A stretch of 64,000 nucleotides of DNA. Origin: a bacterium (GTDB taxonomy: Bacteria; Bdellovibrionota_B; Oligoflexia; Oligoflexales; RGVZ01). Shown in pieces: positions 1 through 10,225 of the stretch. The stretch's first letter is position 1; the number at the start of each line of letters is the position of its first letter. The notes beneath the pieces were generated by a model. The model was not told the origin of the DNA. It made no database searches and saw only the letters and a program-made list of their open reading frames with translations. The stretch covers positions 2,386-66,385 of the forward strand of contig JAYVPO010000110.1 in assembly GCA_043757325.1 (NCBI GenBank). Reading direction: 5' to 3'. The position numbers were made by a program, and so were the translations under genes.

Positions 1-1598
1 GGTGCTGGATTCCACGCAGTTGCATTTCCAGTTGCTTGACTTAAAGCAGCAACATATGTACGAGCCTGACCGCCAATTGCAGTAAAAAGCCCGCCTGCAT
101 AAATTATTGACCCAGAGCTCGCGAGTGTGAAGACAACATTATTTGGAGCTGGATTCCAAGAAGTTGCATTGCCTGTAGTCCTATCCACTGCGCCTAAATA
201 GGATCTCGCTTGTCCGCCTAAATTAAAAAAATTACCTCCAGCGTACAATGTTGTACCCGAAACCATTAATATATTGACTTGATTGTCAGCTACCGGATTA
301 AAGGAAGTGGCTAATCCTGTGGCTAAATTTAATTCTGCTATTCGCGTCCGCGCTTGACCACCTATGTTGAAAAATCCTCCACCTGCATAAATACTGGAGC
401 CCGATATGACCAACGTTAAAACATTGGCATCTGCATTTGGATTCCAGCTTGTTACACTCCCTGAAACAGCATCTACCGCACCTAGATTATTTCTTGTTTG
501 GCCGCCGATTGAATCGAAGTTCCCACCTATGTAAACTGTTGAACCATTCATCACCAAGGCCGAAACAGTCTTATTAACGTTAGGATTCCAAGTTAGATCC
601 AGCGATCCGTCATTTTTTATATGGGCGATATTACTTTGTAAGTTTGAACCTATCGCCGTAAAAGATCCGCCGATATACCAACCGCCATTGCCGTCGGATA
701 TCGAAGCACTCACTTGACCGGTAACCGCTGGAATCGCCGCACGAGCCTGCTGAGGTTTGGCAGTCGATATATCTAGTGAAATACCACTGCCAACGCAAGG
801 TCCAGCGGACTGAAATTGCCCGCCTAAATAAACGCGGCTTGCGCTTGTCGCAATGGCGTAGACTACATTGTTAAAACAAATAGGCCCCACAAGTCCGCCA
901 GTCATTGCGGTTTCGGTGCTTGACAGCGGACCTTCGCCGTATGCATTAACCGCGGAAACACGGTAATAATATATTTGATCTGCAGTCGTACCAAGATGAC
1001 TGTAGGTTAGCCCAGCAGTAGAAACAACATTCGGGCTTGCTTGCAAACTAGAAGGAGAAAGACCCCAATAAACTTTATAACTAGTCGCTCCAACTACAGC
1101 CTGCCAATAGAGGGTATTGCTTGTAAGGGTTGTTGATTCTGGCCAAAGCCCAGTTACCTGGGCCGGCAACGGCGAAGCGACAACTTGTGGAGCCGCAGGT
1201 GTAATTACGGTAAGTTTTGTGGGGGTGGCAGACGCAATATCGACTGACATTTGGGATTCGACGCCAGACAGCAGCGCGGTGAAGCGGTAATAATAAGTTA
1301 TTCCGTTGGTTAATGACGAATGAACACATTGGTCTGATGCCTTGCAAGATATCTTTAGGCTTTTATCGGAAACTTCTGTAGATGTACTCCAGTAAATCGA
1401 ATAGGACGAGGCACCTGCAACTTCGGTGAAAGAAATTTTAACAGCTGAATCAAGGGCAGTTGCGGTAAGTTTGCCAACCGTGGAGGGCGCCGCTGGTGAG
1501 GCAGCAGAAACTTTACCTGATTCTCTTATTATAGCTTTTTTACAAGTTGAAAATGAAACCAAAAGCACAAGCAACCAAGTATAATGATGTGCACGCAT
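1..1598 (-). CDS. secreted/lipoprotein repeat protein, 3' end cut by the window edge (FN3-like modules followed by ~48-aa propeller-type repeats)
   Basis: Absent from the ORF track because it runs off the window. ATG at 1598-1596 is preceded by GGGAGGGAG (reverse complement of 1603-1611). The N-terminus MRAHHYTWLLVLLVSFSTC looks like a lipoprotein signal. Two segments with ..YYYR.. resemble FN3. The part encoded by ~1-900 is a ~145-nt periodic repeat (..YAGG.F..IGG..R..vAaL....G.at.WNP..) resembling delta-60/DUF5122-type blades (family recalled from memory). Confidence 0.6.
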   Translation of the reverse strand, partial: MRAHHYTWLLVLLVSFSTCKKAIIRESGKVSAASPAAPSTVGKLTATALDSAVKISFTEVAGASSYSIYWSTSTEVSDKSLKISCKASDQCVHSSLTNGITYYYRFTALLSGVESQMSVDIASATPTKLTVITPAAPQVVASPLPAQVTGLWPESTTLTSNTLYWQAVVGATSYKVYWGLSPSSLQASPNVVSTAGLTYSHLGTTADQIYYYRVSAVNAYGEGPLSSTETAMTGGLVGPICFNNVVYAIATSASRVYLGGQFQSAGPCVGSGISLDISTAKPQQARAAIPAVTGQVSASISDGNGGWYIGGSFTAIGSNLQSNIAHIKNDGSLDLTWNPNVNKTVSALVMNGSTVYIGGNFDSIGGQTRNNLGAVDAVSGSVTSWNPNADANVLTLVISGSSIYAGGGFFNIGGQARTRIAELNLATGLATSFNPVADNQVNILMVSGTTLYAGGNFFNLGGQARSYLGAVDRTTGNATSWNPAPNNVVFTLASSGSIIYAGGLFTAIGGQARTYVAALSQATGNATAWNPA

Positions 1599-1771
1599 TT
1601 TACTCCCTCCCTTGTGACCTATTAATGCTCTCGGAAGAATCAACAAAACACTTTAACGATAATTTAAGTCGTCTATTATCAGTGGCTTGAAAGTCAGGCT
1701 CGGGCATTTTCGTTCAAGCTTCAGTCACAGGCCAAACCGTGTTACACTGTAAGAAAATTGGCGTTTTACTG

Positions 1772-3178
1772 ATGTTTAGACAAGCCTTCTTTATTTGTGT
1801 TTTTCTGGCTGCTCCACGGCTAGCCTTCTCGGCGCAAAACTCGGTTGCGGCCTTAACAATTTCTATTAGTTCACCACTCCTAAATGTCGGACAAAATAAA
1901 TTGTGCAGGGAATTGTCGAAGCGATTCACTCACGGAACTTTTGAGATGGGAATGGGTCCATTTGCGTCGGTGACGTGCGCCAACCATGCGATACACGATC
2001 CAAAAAATTGGCAATTAGATATTGCCGAAGTGAATGGCGAAATTCATTTTGTAATAAATTTCTTGAAGAAAAAACGTGCTTCCATTTATTTGGTGTCAGA
2101 TCCTGTGAATCCGCATTTTTTGCAGTCGAAAGATATCCTCGACCTGATCGTTTACGGTCTTCTCGATCAACTGCCGTTTCTAGGTTTTATTGATCAAAAC
2201 AACATCAGCGGCGAAATGCTTGTTTTGCAAGAAAAACACAACTCTATTATTGAAGAACAGCTTCCCCGGAATCTTGTGTTTTATGATTTAGAAGCTTTTG
2301 AATCTTCCGAGTTGATTACAGCCAAAGTCCATGATTCCAGCGCAGTGGAAAGTGCTGACGGCCTGGTAGCGATTCAACGGCCTACGTTATTAAAAAAAAT
2401 CAGGAATACCAACTTCATCTGGTTCCACAGCGCCCTCGGTCCTGGCAAAAAAAATCCGATCATACAGCAGAAACTTTTAACCCTGCAAAAAATAAAGCTG
2501 CAAGAAAATAAGCGCGAAATAGTCTCTCACCGGAAATATTTTTCACTTAAATTAGGCAAGCAATTAAACATCCAAGATTCCGTGATTAAAAAATCCATCC
2601 TTGTGGGATTTAAAGCTGAATTCAACGTCGGCTTTATTTTGGGTTTGCAATTTTCCTACGAAAGTTCACCCTTTGTTTCTTATGATGTTAATGCGGGCAC
2701 AGAAACATTTAAGTGGCAAAAAATTCGCTTAGGGAAGTCCGTCGTGAAGCGCTTTGGTAGTTTTGCTTTTGATTTTACTCCGCGCTTTCAGCACCTAAAC
2801 TACCGAACGCAGCTAACAACTGTTGTTGATAACACCGAAATTGGAATCACAGAGTTTGATGTTGTGAATAGCTTTGGGTCAGTCGTAGAAATAGGTATCG
2901 AGCAAATAAGCAAAAATAAGTGGCTACGATTATTCTACGGATATGACTTTCCATTCACTCAAAAAACTTCCACAAAAGTTCGGGCGATTCATCTTGGATT
3001 TGATTATTTTATCCCCATTTTTTTTAAAGACGATTTCAGCGGTAGCCCGTTGTTACAAATATTTGGAGAATACGAGAGAAATGTTTTTCAAAAGCCATCG
3101 CAGCTAACTGACAACGAAATAAGCGTACTAGAATTAGATACCTTTTACCTGGGGGCCGGCGTCGGGTATCACTGGTAA
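1772..3178 (+). CDS. hypothetical secreted protein, possible outer-membrane beta-barrel
   Basis: ORF 1739..3178. The internal ATG at 1772 gives MFRQAFFICVFLAAPRLAFS/AQ, a typical signal peptide. The C-terminal third is beta-rich and ends ..GAGVGYHW (aromatic terminus). The start could instead be GTG 1739. Confidence 0.5.
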   Translation: MFRQAFFICVFLAAPRLAFSAQNSVAALTISISSPLLNVGQNKLCRELSKRFTHGTFEMGMGPFASVTCANHAIHDPKNWQLDIAEVNGEIHFVINFLKKKRASIYLVSDPVNPHFLQSKDILDLIVYGLLDQLPFLGFIDQNNISGEMLVLQEKHNSIIEEQLPRNLVFYDLEAFESSELITAKVHDSSAVESADGLVAIQRPTLLKKIRNTNFIWFHSALGPGKKNPIIQQKLLTLQKIKLQENKREIVSHRKYFSLKLGKQLNIQDSVIKKSILVGFKAEFNVGFILGLQFSYESSPFVSYDVNAGTETFKWQKIRLGKSVVKRFGSFAFDFTPRFQHLNYRTQLTTVVDNTEIGITEFDVVNSFGSVVEIGIEQISKNKWLRLFYGYDFPFTQKTSTKVRAIHLGFDYFIPIFFKDDFSGSPLLQIFGEYERNVFQKPSQLTDNEISVLELDTFYLGAGVGYHW

Positions 3179-3220
3179 AAAATTTAAATCTGCGCCTGTT
3201 CCCTAGGAATTTTGTTGCTT

Positions 3221-4354
3221 TTAAAAGATCTTTTGATAAACGTCGACAATATTATTCCAGTCATATTTCTTCGACTGTTCGATAGAAAGTTTTGACCAGT
3301 CGGAAAAATAATTTGCTTGGCATATAATATTTTTAATGGCGTCGTTTAATAGACTTTGATTTTCAAAAGGTACCAGCACTCCATTGCCGTTAAACATTTC
3401 TCTATTACCGGGGACATCGGAAGTTAAAATTGGAAGTCCGTGTCCCATTGCTTCTGCCATGGCGAGAGACGTGCCTTCTGGAGACGAGTAAAACACAAAT
3501 ATATCTGCTTTCGATAAATATTTCCCAACATCGCCCTGCTGTACCTCGCCGACAAATGTCACACATTCTTCTATATTGTTTTCTTGTATAAATTTTTGAA
3601 GCGGTTCCAGCAATGGACCAGCACCAACAATAATCCACCGAATCTTCACGCGATCTTCAGAAGATAATTGAGCTAGGCTCCGCGCAACTTGCAAGAAGCC
3701 TTTTCGTTCAATAAGTCTACCCACCGTAATCAACGTCACTTTGTCCGACTCGCGTGGCGGCGGCGGCAGGCGTTCAATCGCTTTTAGATCCGCACCGCTC
3801 GGGACCACAACTATCTCTTTGTTAGTGGTAAGTTGACCCACAAAATGGTCTAGACCTTCGGCCGCAATAATCTTCGTGGCGTAGTTTAAAATAATCGAAA
3901 CCAACAGAGTGAAAAATTTTTGGACACGTGAAAATTTTGAAGCGACTTGCGGAAGATCGGCTCCTCCAACATAAACAAAATGGGGTAGCTTATAGAGACA
4001 TTTCAGCACGGTTCCGATAAGTCCTGATGGAATAATAAATATCGACCAAATTTTATCAACCTTAAATTTTTTAGCCAGGTACATTGCATGAAAACTACCT
4101 AATACACCAAATAAAATTAATTCAATAAGTGCCGCATTTCCTGTTGATCGCCGAAAAGTTTGTACCCGAACAACCTTTACTCGCGGATCATGACAGATCT
4201 CATTACCTCCTGCGGGATGATTTAATTTAGGAGCCATAATGACAATTTCAAAGCCCCGTGCTGCCAATTTGCTTGTCAATTCGCAGATAAGCGTAACCCC
4301 ACCGGAGCGAATGGGAAGATATTCATGTGTTATTAAAAAAAGCTTGGGTTTCAC
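3221..4354 (-). CDS. glycosyltransferase family 4 (GT-B fold)
   Basis: 377 aa. The C-terminal motif EGTSLAMAEAMGHGLPILTSDVPGNREM is typical of GT4/GT1 retaining transferases. Its start overlaps the stop of the upstream gene by 4 nt. Confidence 0.8.
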   Translation of the reverse strand: MKPKLFLITHEYLPIRSGGVTLICELTSKLAARGFEIVIMAPKLNHPAGGNEICHDPRVKVVRVQTFRRSTGNAALIELILFGVLGSFHAMYLAKKFKVDKIWSIFIIPSGLIGTVLKCLYKLPHFVYVGGADLPQVASKFSRVQKFFTLLVSIILNYATKIIAAEGLDHFVGQLTTNKEIVVVPSGADLKAIERLPPPPRESDKVTLITVGRLIERKGFLQVARSLAQLSSEDRVKIRWIIVGAGPLLEPLQKFIQENNIEECVTFVGEVQQGDVGKYLSKADIFVFYSSPEGTSLAMAEAMGHGLPILTSDVPGNREMFNGNGVLVPFENQSLLNDAIKNIICQANYFSDWSKLSIEQSKKYDWNNIVDVYQKIF

Positions 4355-5619
4355 AATTGTTTTAGAGCTTCACAGACACTTCGAACATGATCCAAAGGGA
4401 TATCAGAGTAAATCGGTAATAGCACACATTCCGCACGTGCTTTTTCAGATTTTGGAAGTGAAAATGGTGATTTTAGATAAGGTTTTTCTTGATGGGCGTT
4501 CATCACACCTCTGCGACTCCCAATACCTTTGGCATGGAGATATTGAATAAATGCGTCGCGTTTTAAAGGTGCGTGATCATTTAACCAAATAGGAAAAGAT
4601 TGCCAGTTAGACCGCGAATTCTTGGGGATTTCGCGCAACCTGAGCCAACTTACATTGAAAAGCTCGCTGTAATATATTTCAGACGCTTTACACCGGTGTT
4701 CGATAAAAGAATCTAATTGCTTAAGTTGCGTTAAACCAAGTGCGGCTTGGATGTCGGTTAAACGGTAGTTAAATGCGGTGGTTAAATACTCTTCGAACAT
4801 GACGTTTTGCGCTTTGTGGCGATCGGCATCGGAAATACTCATGCCATGTTGCCGACCAAGATCGCAACTCGAGTGCACAGCAGCGCTGTTGGTTGTAATC
4901 ATTCCACCATCTCCAGTGGTCAAAACTTTACGTGGGTGAAACGAAAAACAAGCAGACTGACCGAATGGTTGGCCAATTTTTCGCCAGATATTTTCAATTT
5001 TTATTTCGCTACCAACGGCGCAGGCAGCGTCTTCTATTAAAGGAATATTATAGTTTTTTGCAATATCAGCAATCTCTACGATAGAACATGGTAGCCCTAA
5101 TTGATGCACAGGCATAACCGCAGCAATGCGTCCGGTCAACTCGGGCTTAATTCTATGCAAAGGTGATTCAGGCATCGTCAGAATCGCGTCTACATCCTTA
5201 AAATAAATCCCATTATTTCCTTGATGACAGCGCTCAGCTAAAAACACCGCTAGGGCATCTGGATCCATATTTAAGGTTCTGTCATCAATATCAATAAATC
5301 CGGGCTCGGCTCCGCAAGCTCTAATTGCGTTGGCTGTGGCGATAAAAGAATGGCTGACTGTCAGTACTATATCACCGGCACGCACCCCTGCAGCAAGTAA
5401 TGCTAAATGCATTGCCGTCGTGCAACTGGATACACTGGAAGAAAATTCACAGCCCACATACTTGGAAAATTCTACTTCAAATTCCTGACACTTTGGACCG
5501 CGCGTAATCCAGCCTGACTCAACGGTTGCTTTTACGGCTGATGAATCAAATGAACTCATGGTCGGTTTAGCAAATGGGATCAGCATATTTTTTATGGGCT
5601 TAAACCCAGTTCCTTTCAT
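4351..5619 (-). CDS. DegT/DnrJ/EryC1/StrS-family PLP-dependent sugar aminotransferase
   Basis: 422 aa. The family pattern is visible (..FEVEFSKYVG.., ..SCTTAMHLAL.., ..CFSFHPRKVLTTGDGGMITT..). It lies in a sugar-nucleotide operon. Confidence 0.8.
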   Translation of the reverse strand: MKGTGFKPIKNMLIPFAKPTMSSFDSSAVKATVESGWITRGPKCQEFEVEFSKYVGCEFSSSVSSCTTAMHLALLAAGVRAGDIVLTVSHSFIATANAIRACGAEPGFIDIDDRTLNMDPDALAVFLAERCHQGNNGIYFKDVDAILTMPESPLHRIKPELTGRIAAVMPVHQLGLPCSIVEIADIAKNYNIPLIEDAACAVGSEIKIENIWRKIGQPFGQSACFSFHPRKVLTTGDGGMITTNSAAVHSSCDLGRQHGMSISDADRHKAQNVMFEEYLTTAFNYRLTDIQAALGLTQLKQLDSFIEHRCKASEIYYSELFNVSWLRLREIPKNSRSNWQSFPIWLNDHAPLKRDAFIQYLHAKGIGSRRGVMNAHQEKPYLKSPFSLPKSEKARAECVLLPIYSDIPLDHVRSVCEALKQL

Positions 5620-6598
5620 TTTCTGTGGTTAATAGATTTTGAAAGCCCTGCGGGTGCGAACGAAATGATTCAATGGTTGATGCGAGGCCGCTGCTTAACG
5701 AAACTTCAGGCCGCCATTTGGTTATCGAAAAAAAATTGCCGGAATCAGCGCACAGCCTTAATACATCTCCAGGGCGCGGATCCAAATGTTTCAATTCGTA
5801 TTTGTTATGAAAATTTTGGCCGATTTTCTGGCATATTTCTAACACAGTATGTTCGGAGCCGCTTCCGATATTATAGGTTTGCCCGATTGTCCCGTGGAGA
5901 GCTAATTCCACCAAAGCTTGCGCCATATCGACAACATAAGTAAAGTCTCTGGTTTGTAAACCATCACCAAAAGCAACCATGGGTTTGGAATTTAAAGCTC
6001 TCACGATACATTTTGGAATAAGCTCACCTGCATCACCTTCGTGATGGCTACGCGGACCGTAAGTATTAAACGGCCGCGCAATCACTACTGGAAATCCATA
6101 AGTGCGAAAATAAGCTCGTGAGTAGCACTCACCAGCTAATTTACCGCCACCATAAACCGTGCAAGGAAATGTCGGATGCATTTCAGACATAGGAGCCGAA
6201 AGCGCCGTCCCATAAACCTCAGACGATGAAACATGAATGAATTTTTTTATCCCCGCGGCGCGGGCCTGAAGCAGCAAAAGTAACGTACCTTCAGCATTGA
6301 CTCGGTGATTTTCAAACGGGTTGTGTAGCGAATGCCTAACCCCCAAGCAAGCCAGATGAAAAATTACAGAAACGCCGTCTACGGCTTTTTTAATATCAAT
6401 CTCTTTGGTTATGTCACCTTCTAAAAGCTCAACTTTGCCAGTTTTCAAATGCTGCTCAAGATTTTCTCGTTTGCCGTTACTAAAATTATCCAAGACTTTA
6501 ACCTGAACATTCCTATTCACAAGTCGATCTACAAGGTGGGAACCTATAAATCCCGCTCCGCCAGTCACAAGAATCTTTTCGTGAGCCAAATTAATCAT
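5600..6598 (-). CDS. NAD-dependent epimerase/dehydratase (extended SDR); substrate not determinable
   Basis: 332 aa with VTGGAGFIGSHL Rossmann motif, SSSEVYG and YGGGKLAGE (YxxxK). It overlaps both neighbours. Confidence 0.75.
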   Translation of the reverse strand: MINLAHEKILVTGGAGFIGSHLVDRLVNRNVQVKVLDNFSNGKRENLEQHLKTGKVELLEGDITKEIDIKKAVDGVSVIFHLACLGVRHSLHNPFENHRVNAEGTLLLLLQARAAGIKKFIHVSSSEVYGTALSAPMSEMHPTFPCTVYGGGKLAGECYSRAYFRTYGFPVVIARPFNTYGPRSHHEGDAGELIPKCIVRALNSKPMVAFGDGLQTRDFTYVVDMAQALVELALHGTIGQTYNIGSGSEHTVLEICQKIGQNFHNKYELKHLDPRPGDVLRLCADSGNFFSITKWRPEVSLSSGLASTIESFRSHPQGFQNLLTTENERNWV

Positions 6599-7698
6599 TT
6601 ATAAAAATCCATAATTTTGTTGGCCACGTACTCGATTTCTTTGACTTCTAGCTCTGCAAACATCGGCAAAGATAATCCCCGATTAGCAAAATCTTCGGAT
6701 TGAGGAAAATCACCTTTTTTGTGACCAAGGTGGGAATAAGCTTTTTGTAAATGACAAGGAATTGGATAGTGAATGCCCGTTGCGATGCCATTTTCTCCGA
6801 GAAAGTCTTTTAGACGATCTCGTTCATCTGTTCGCACAACAAACAAATGGTACACATGCGTTGACGAAGGATCGTTTTGAGGCAGAGTTATTTGCGAAGT
6901 ATTCCCGAGTAATTCTGAATAAATGGCCGCATTCCTTCTACGAGCAGCGGTCCAAGTGCCAAGATGCGAAAGTTTTATATCTAAAAAAGCGCCCTGAAAA
7001 CCCTCCATACGATAGTTGTGCCCGATTATATCGTGGTGGTATTTTTTCTCTGCTCCATGATCGCGAATTGCCGAGATCTTTTTTGCAAGGCCTTCGTTTT
7101 GGGTCAAGACCGCACCACCCTCACCAAGTGCGCCCAAGTTTTTGCCAGGATAAAAACTGAAACATCCCGCATCTCCCCAAGTCCCAACGGATTTGTTTTT
7201 ATAAGTCGCCAAGTGAGCTTGCGCACAATCTTCGATTACAAAAAGTTTATGTTTTTTAGCAATAGTGCAAATTTCTTCCATGGGTGCAGCTTGGCCGTAA
7301 AGGTGAACTGGAATAATTGCTTTTGTGCGAGCGGTCACTGCCTGGCTAATTAATGCGGGATTGATTAAAGCATACTTTGGATCACAATCCACAAAAACAG
7401 GAGTTGCACCACAAAGGCTAACCGCTTCTGCTGTTGCAAAAAATGTCATAGAAGGTACGATTACCTCGTAACCAGATCCAATATCTAAAGCCATTAATGC
7501 TGCATGAAGTGCGGACGTTCCATTATTAACCGCTACACAGTTGGCTGCATTATGAGCCGCCGCAAAACGCTTTTCAAAAGCCTGGACAAAAGGACCGCCG
7601 GAAAATGCATTTGCCGACAAGACTTTCTCAAATGCCGCCCGCAGTTCGTCGCGAATTCCTTCGTGTTGGCGCGTGAGACTAATAAATTCAACTTGCAT
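6595..7698 (-). CDS. DegT-family aminotransferase (WlbC/WbpE-like)
   Basis: 367 aa with DegT family motifs (..NGTSALHAALMAL.., ..CFSFYPGKNLGALGEGGAV..). It follows an oxidoreductase and an acetyltransferase in WlbA-B-C order. Confidence 0.8.
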   Translation of the reverse strand: MQVEFISLTRQHEGIRDELRAAFEKVLSANAFSGGPFVQAFEKRFAAAHNAANCVAVNNGTSALHAALMALDIGSGYEVIVPSMTFFATAEAVSLCGATPVFVDCDPKYALINPALISQAVTARTKAIIPVHLYGQAAPMEEICTIAKKHKLFVIEDCAQAHLATYKNKSVGTWGDAGCFSFYPGKNLGALGEGGAVLTQNEGLAKKISAIRDHGAEKKYHHDIIGHNYRMEGFQGAFLDIKLSHLGTWTAARRRNAAIYSELLGNTSQITLPQNDPSSTHVYHLFVVRTDERDRLKDFLGENGIATGIHYPIPCHLQKAYSHLGHKKGDFPQSEDFANRGLSLPMFAELEVKEIEYVANKIMDFYK

Positions 7699-7710
7699 AA
7701 AGTAACTTTC

Positions 7711-8178
7711 TTAGTGACGCAAGCGTAGGAATCGAGCGGGATTTCCTGCCCATATTTCTTGTTGCGGAATATTTTTGGTTACGACGGCACCAGCTCCGAT
7801 TAAAACTCCATCCCCAATATGCACGCCACCGATAATAGTTGCATTTGTGCCGATTGAAACCCCAGTTCCAATGATAGTTTTTTTAAATCGATTTTGCCAG
7901 TCCTGCGGTTCTTCAAGTTCACCCTTAGCATTAACTGACCTTGGGAAGTTATCATTTACGAACATGACGCCATGACCAACAAAACAATCGTCGCCAATTT
8001 CAACTCCATCGCAAATAAAACTATGTGACGAAATTTTGCATCGCTTTCCTACCACTGCTCCACGCTGGATTTCAACGAAGGGGCCGACTTTTGTGTTGTC
8101 TCCAATCACACACCCATAAAGATTTACAAAATCGTGAATTTTTACGTTGCTACCAAGTTTGACATCTGCGCTGATCAT
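7711..8178 (-). CDS. left-handed beta-helix (hexapeptide) N-acetyltransferase (WlbB/WbpD-like)
   Basis: 155 aa with repeated [LIV]G..... hexapeptides (IGDNTKVGPFVEI, IGDDCFVGHGV, IGTGVSIGTNATI, IGDGVLIGAGAVV). Confidence 0.75.
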   Translation of the reverse strand: MISADVKLGSNVKIHDFVNLYGCVIGDNTKVGPFVEIQRGAVVGKRCKISSHSFICDGVEIGDDCFVGHGVMFVNDNFPRSVNAKGELEEPQDWQNRFKKTIIGTGVSIGTNATIIGGVHIGDGVLIGAGAVVTKNIPQQEIWAGNPARFLRLRH

Positions 8179-9176
8179 AAAATAACTTCCCGCCCACGAT
8201 GTTCCAGTGATTCATTGCAAGCAGCCAATAACCGCACAATTCTCAAGCCTGCTTCGCCGCTACATAAGCACTCTGTTTGGTTATTTATGGTCGCTATAAA
8301 ATGCTCGACAGCAGCCTTTAGCGGCTCAGTTTGATCGAGGTGCGGAATAAAAATATCCCCGGACCGATAATCCCATTTTAATTTATGAATGCCTTCGGTC
8401 GTGGTATTGATGGCACCTTTATCATACACTCGAAGCTTGTCGTCACTGGCAAGATCGTCCCACACAAGCATTTTTTGACTACCGCCAACCAAGGTTTTGC
8501 GGATTTTTACCGGTGATAACCAATTGACATTAAAGTGGGCAATCATATCGTCATAATACACGCAGCAATAAGCCAGATTAACCAGTCCCCGATTGTAATG
8601 ATCAAAGCCGGTAGCCACAACGGAATGCGGTTTTTTTTTGACGATGTAATCGAGAATTGAAAAATCATGAGGAGCCAGATCCCAGATAACATTGACATCG
8701 TGCTGGAATAATCCAAGATTCACTCTGGTCGAATCGAAATAATAAAGTTTACCCAGATCTCCATTGTCGATCATCGATTTCATTTTGGAAACAGCGCCGG
8801 TAAAAATAAAAGTATGATCAACCATGATTTTTAGATTTTTTTTCGCAGCCAAATCGATAAGGATTTGTGCTTGATCCGAGTTGGCTGTGAATGGCTTTTC
8901 AACAAAAATATGTTTATGGTTTTCTAAAGCGGCTCGCGCCAACTCAAAATGACTGCCAACCGGAGTTGCTATAGCGACAATATCCACATCAGTTTTTTTT
9001 AAAACCGAGTTGAAATCATTTGACACATCAATGTTAGGAAACCTTTTTGCTGCGCTCTTACAAGCTTCCGGGTCAAGATCGCAAATGTATTTAGTCCGAA
9101 CACCCTCTATGCCGTTAAAATTTCGGACCAAGTTTGGTCCCCAATAACCAAACCCTAAAACAGCTACGTTTAACAT
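8175..9176 (-). CDS. Gfo/Idh/MocA-family sugar-nucleotide oxidoreductase (WlbA/WbpB-like)
   Basis: 333 aa with N-terminal Rossmann VAVLGFGYWGPN and EKP motif (VEKPF). First gene of the leftward operon. Confidence 0.75.
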   Translation of the reverse strand: MLNVAVLGFGYWGPNLVRNFNGIEGVRTKYICDLDPEACKSAAKRFPNIDVSNDFNSVLKKTDVDIVAIATPVGSHFELARAALENHKHIFVEKPFTANSDQAQILIDLAAKKNLKIMVDHTFIFTGAVSKMKSMIDNGDLGKLYYFDSTRVNLGLFQHDVNVIWDLAPHDFSILDYIVKKKPHSVVATGFDHYNRGLVNLAYCCVYYDDMIAHFNVNWLSPVKIRKTLVGGSQKMLVWDDLASDDKLRVYDKGAINTTTEGIHKLKWDYRSGDIFIPHLDQTEPLKAAVEHFIATINNQTECLCSGEAGLRIVRLLAACNESLEHRGREVIL

Positions 9177-9284
9177 CGGCCACCCTTCAATTTAAGCACT
9201 AGGCAATGCTTTTAATGTACCCTAAGATTATTGGACAATCTAGTAAAAGGTCATTTGTTTTTGACCACCTATTGGCGAGGTTTT

Positions 9285-10223
9285 ATGCTATCACTTGTTT
9301 TTATTGGGAGCACCAGGCGAGGATTTGAATCTTTGACGGCGCTTTTTGACAGCGGATATCACATTAAAGCTGTAGTCAGTCTTACTCAGTCTCAACATGA
9401 AAACGAACGCTATGAATCATTTTTTGAAGAATTTACGCAGAAAAATCACATACCGCTTTTTAACAACGAAGCATTAAAGCCGCAATCTCACGCTCACCAA
9501 ATCATTAAAGAAATGGCGCCTGACTTATTTATCGTTGTCGGATGCCGGGTTTTAATCGGTATGGATTTATTCGAAAAAAGCCGATTGGGAGCTGTAGCGG
9601 TTCACGATTCACTACTGCCAAAATACCGGGGCTTTGCTCCACTTAACTGGGCCATCATAAACGGCGAAAAAAATACTGGAGTGACACTTTTTTTCTTAAC
9701 TGCAGAAATGGACCAAGGTGATATTATCGCGCAAGAAGTTTTTGATATTGAAGATCAAGAATATGCTGCGGAAATTTACGAAAAGACCATAGTTGCCACC
9801 AAAAAAGTACTAGTGAAAAGCTTACAGCAATTCGACAAAAATTCCTTAAGTTTAACGAAACAAGACTCTACACAAGCTACCTACTGCTGCAGCAGAGCAC
9901 CAGAAGATGGTGAGATCAATTGGAACTTAAGTACTACAAACATTTTTAACCTTGTACGCGGCCTGTCATCTCCTTATCCGGGTGCTTACACATTTTACGA
10001 AGACCAAAAATACATTATTGAGAAAGCTGAAGTTGTAGATTCGGATTACCAGAATTATGTGGGCCGAATAGTCGGAAAAATAGTTAAATTAAATCGAAAT
10101 GATGGTTCTGTAGATATTCTCACCGCGACTGGAGCATTGCGAATTCTGTTTTTAAGAAACGAAAAAAGTGAACTTATTGCCGCAGCAAATATTATTAATT
10201 CCGTACGAAAAAAGTTAGGTTAA
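9285..10223 (+). CDS. formyltransferase (Fmt / ArnA N-terminal-domain-like), probable sugar N-formyltransferase
   Basis: The ORF opens at TTG 9231. I prefer ATG 9285, which follows GGCGAGG. HDSLLPKYRGFAPLNWAIINGEKNTGVTLF...MDQGDII matches the formyl_trans_N catalytic core. An Fmt-type C-terminal domain is present (PEDGEINW...PYPGAYTF). Confidence 0.7.
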   Translation: MLSLVFIGSTRRGFESLTALFDSGYHIKAVVSLTQSQHENERYESFFEEFTQKNHIPLFNNEALKPQSHAHQIIKEMAPDLFIVVGCRVLIGMDLFEKSRLGAVAVHDSLLPKYRGFAPLNWAIINGEKNTGVTLFFLTAEMDQGDIIAQEVFDIEDQEYAAEIYEKTIVATKKVLVKSLQQFDKNSLSLTKQDSTQATYCCSRAPEDGEINWNLSTTNIFNLVRGLSSPYPGAYTFYEDQKYIIEKAEVVDSDYQNYVGRIVGKIVKLNRNDGSVDILTATGALRILFLRNEKSELIAAANIINSVRKKLG

Positions 10224-10225
10224 AA

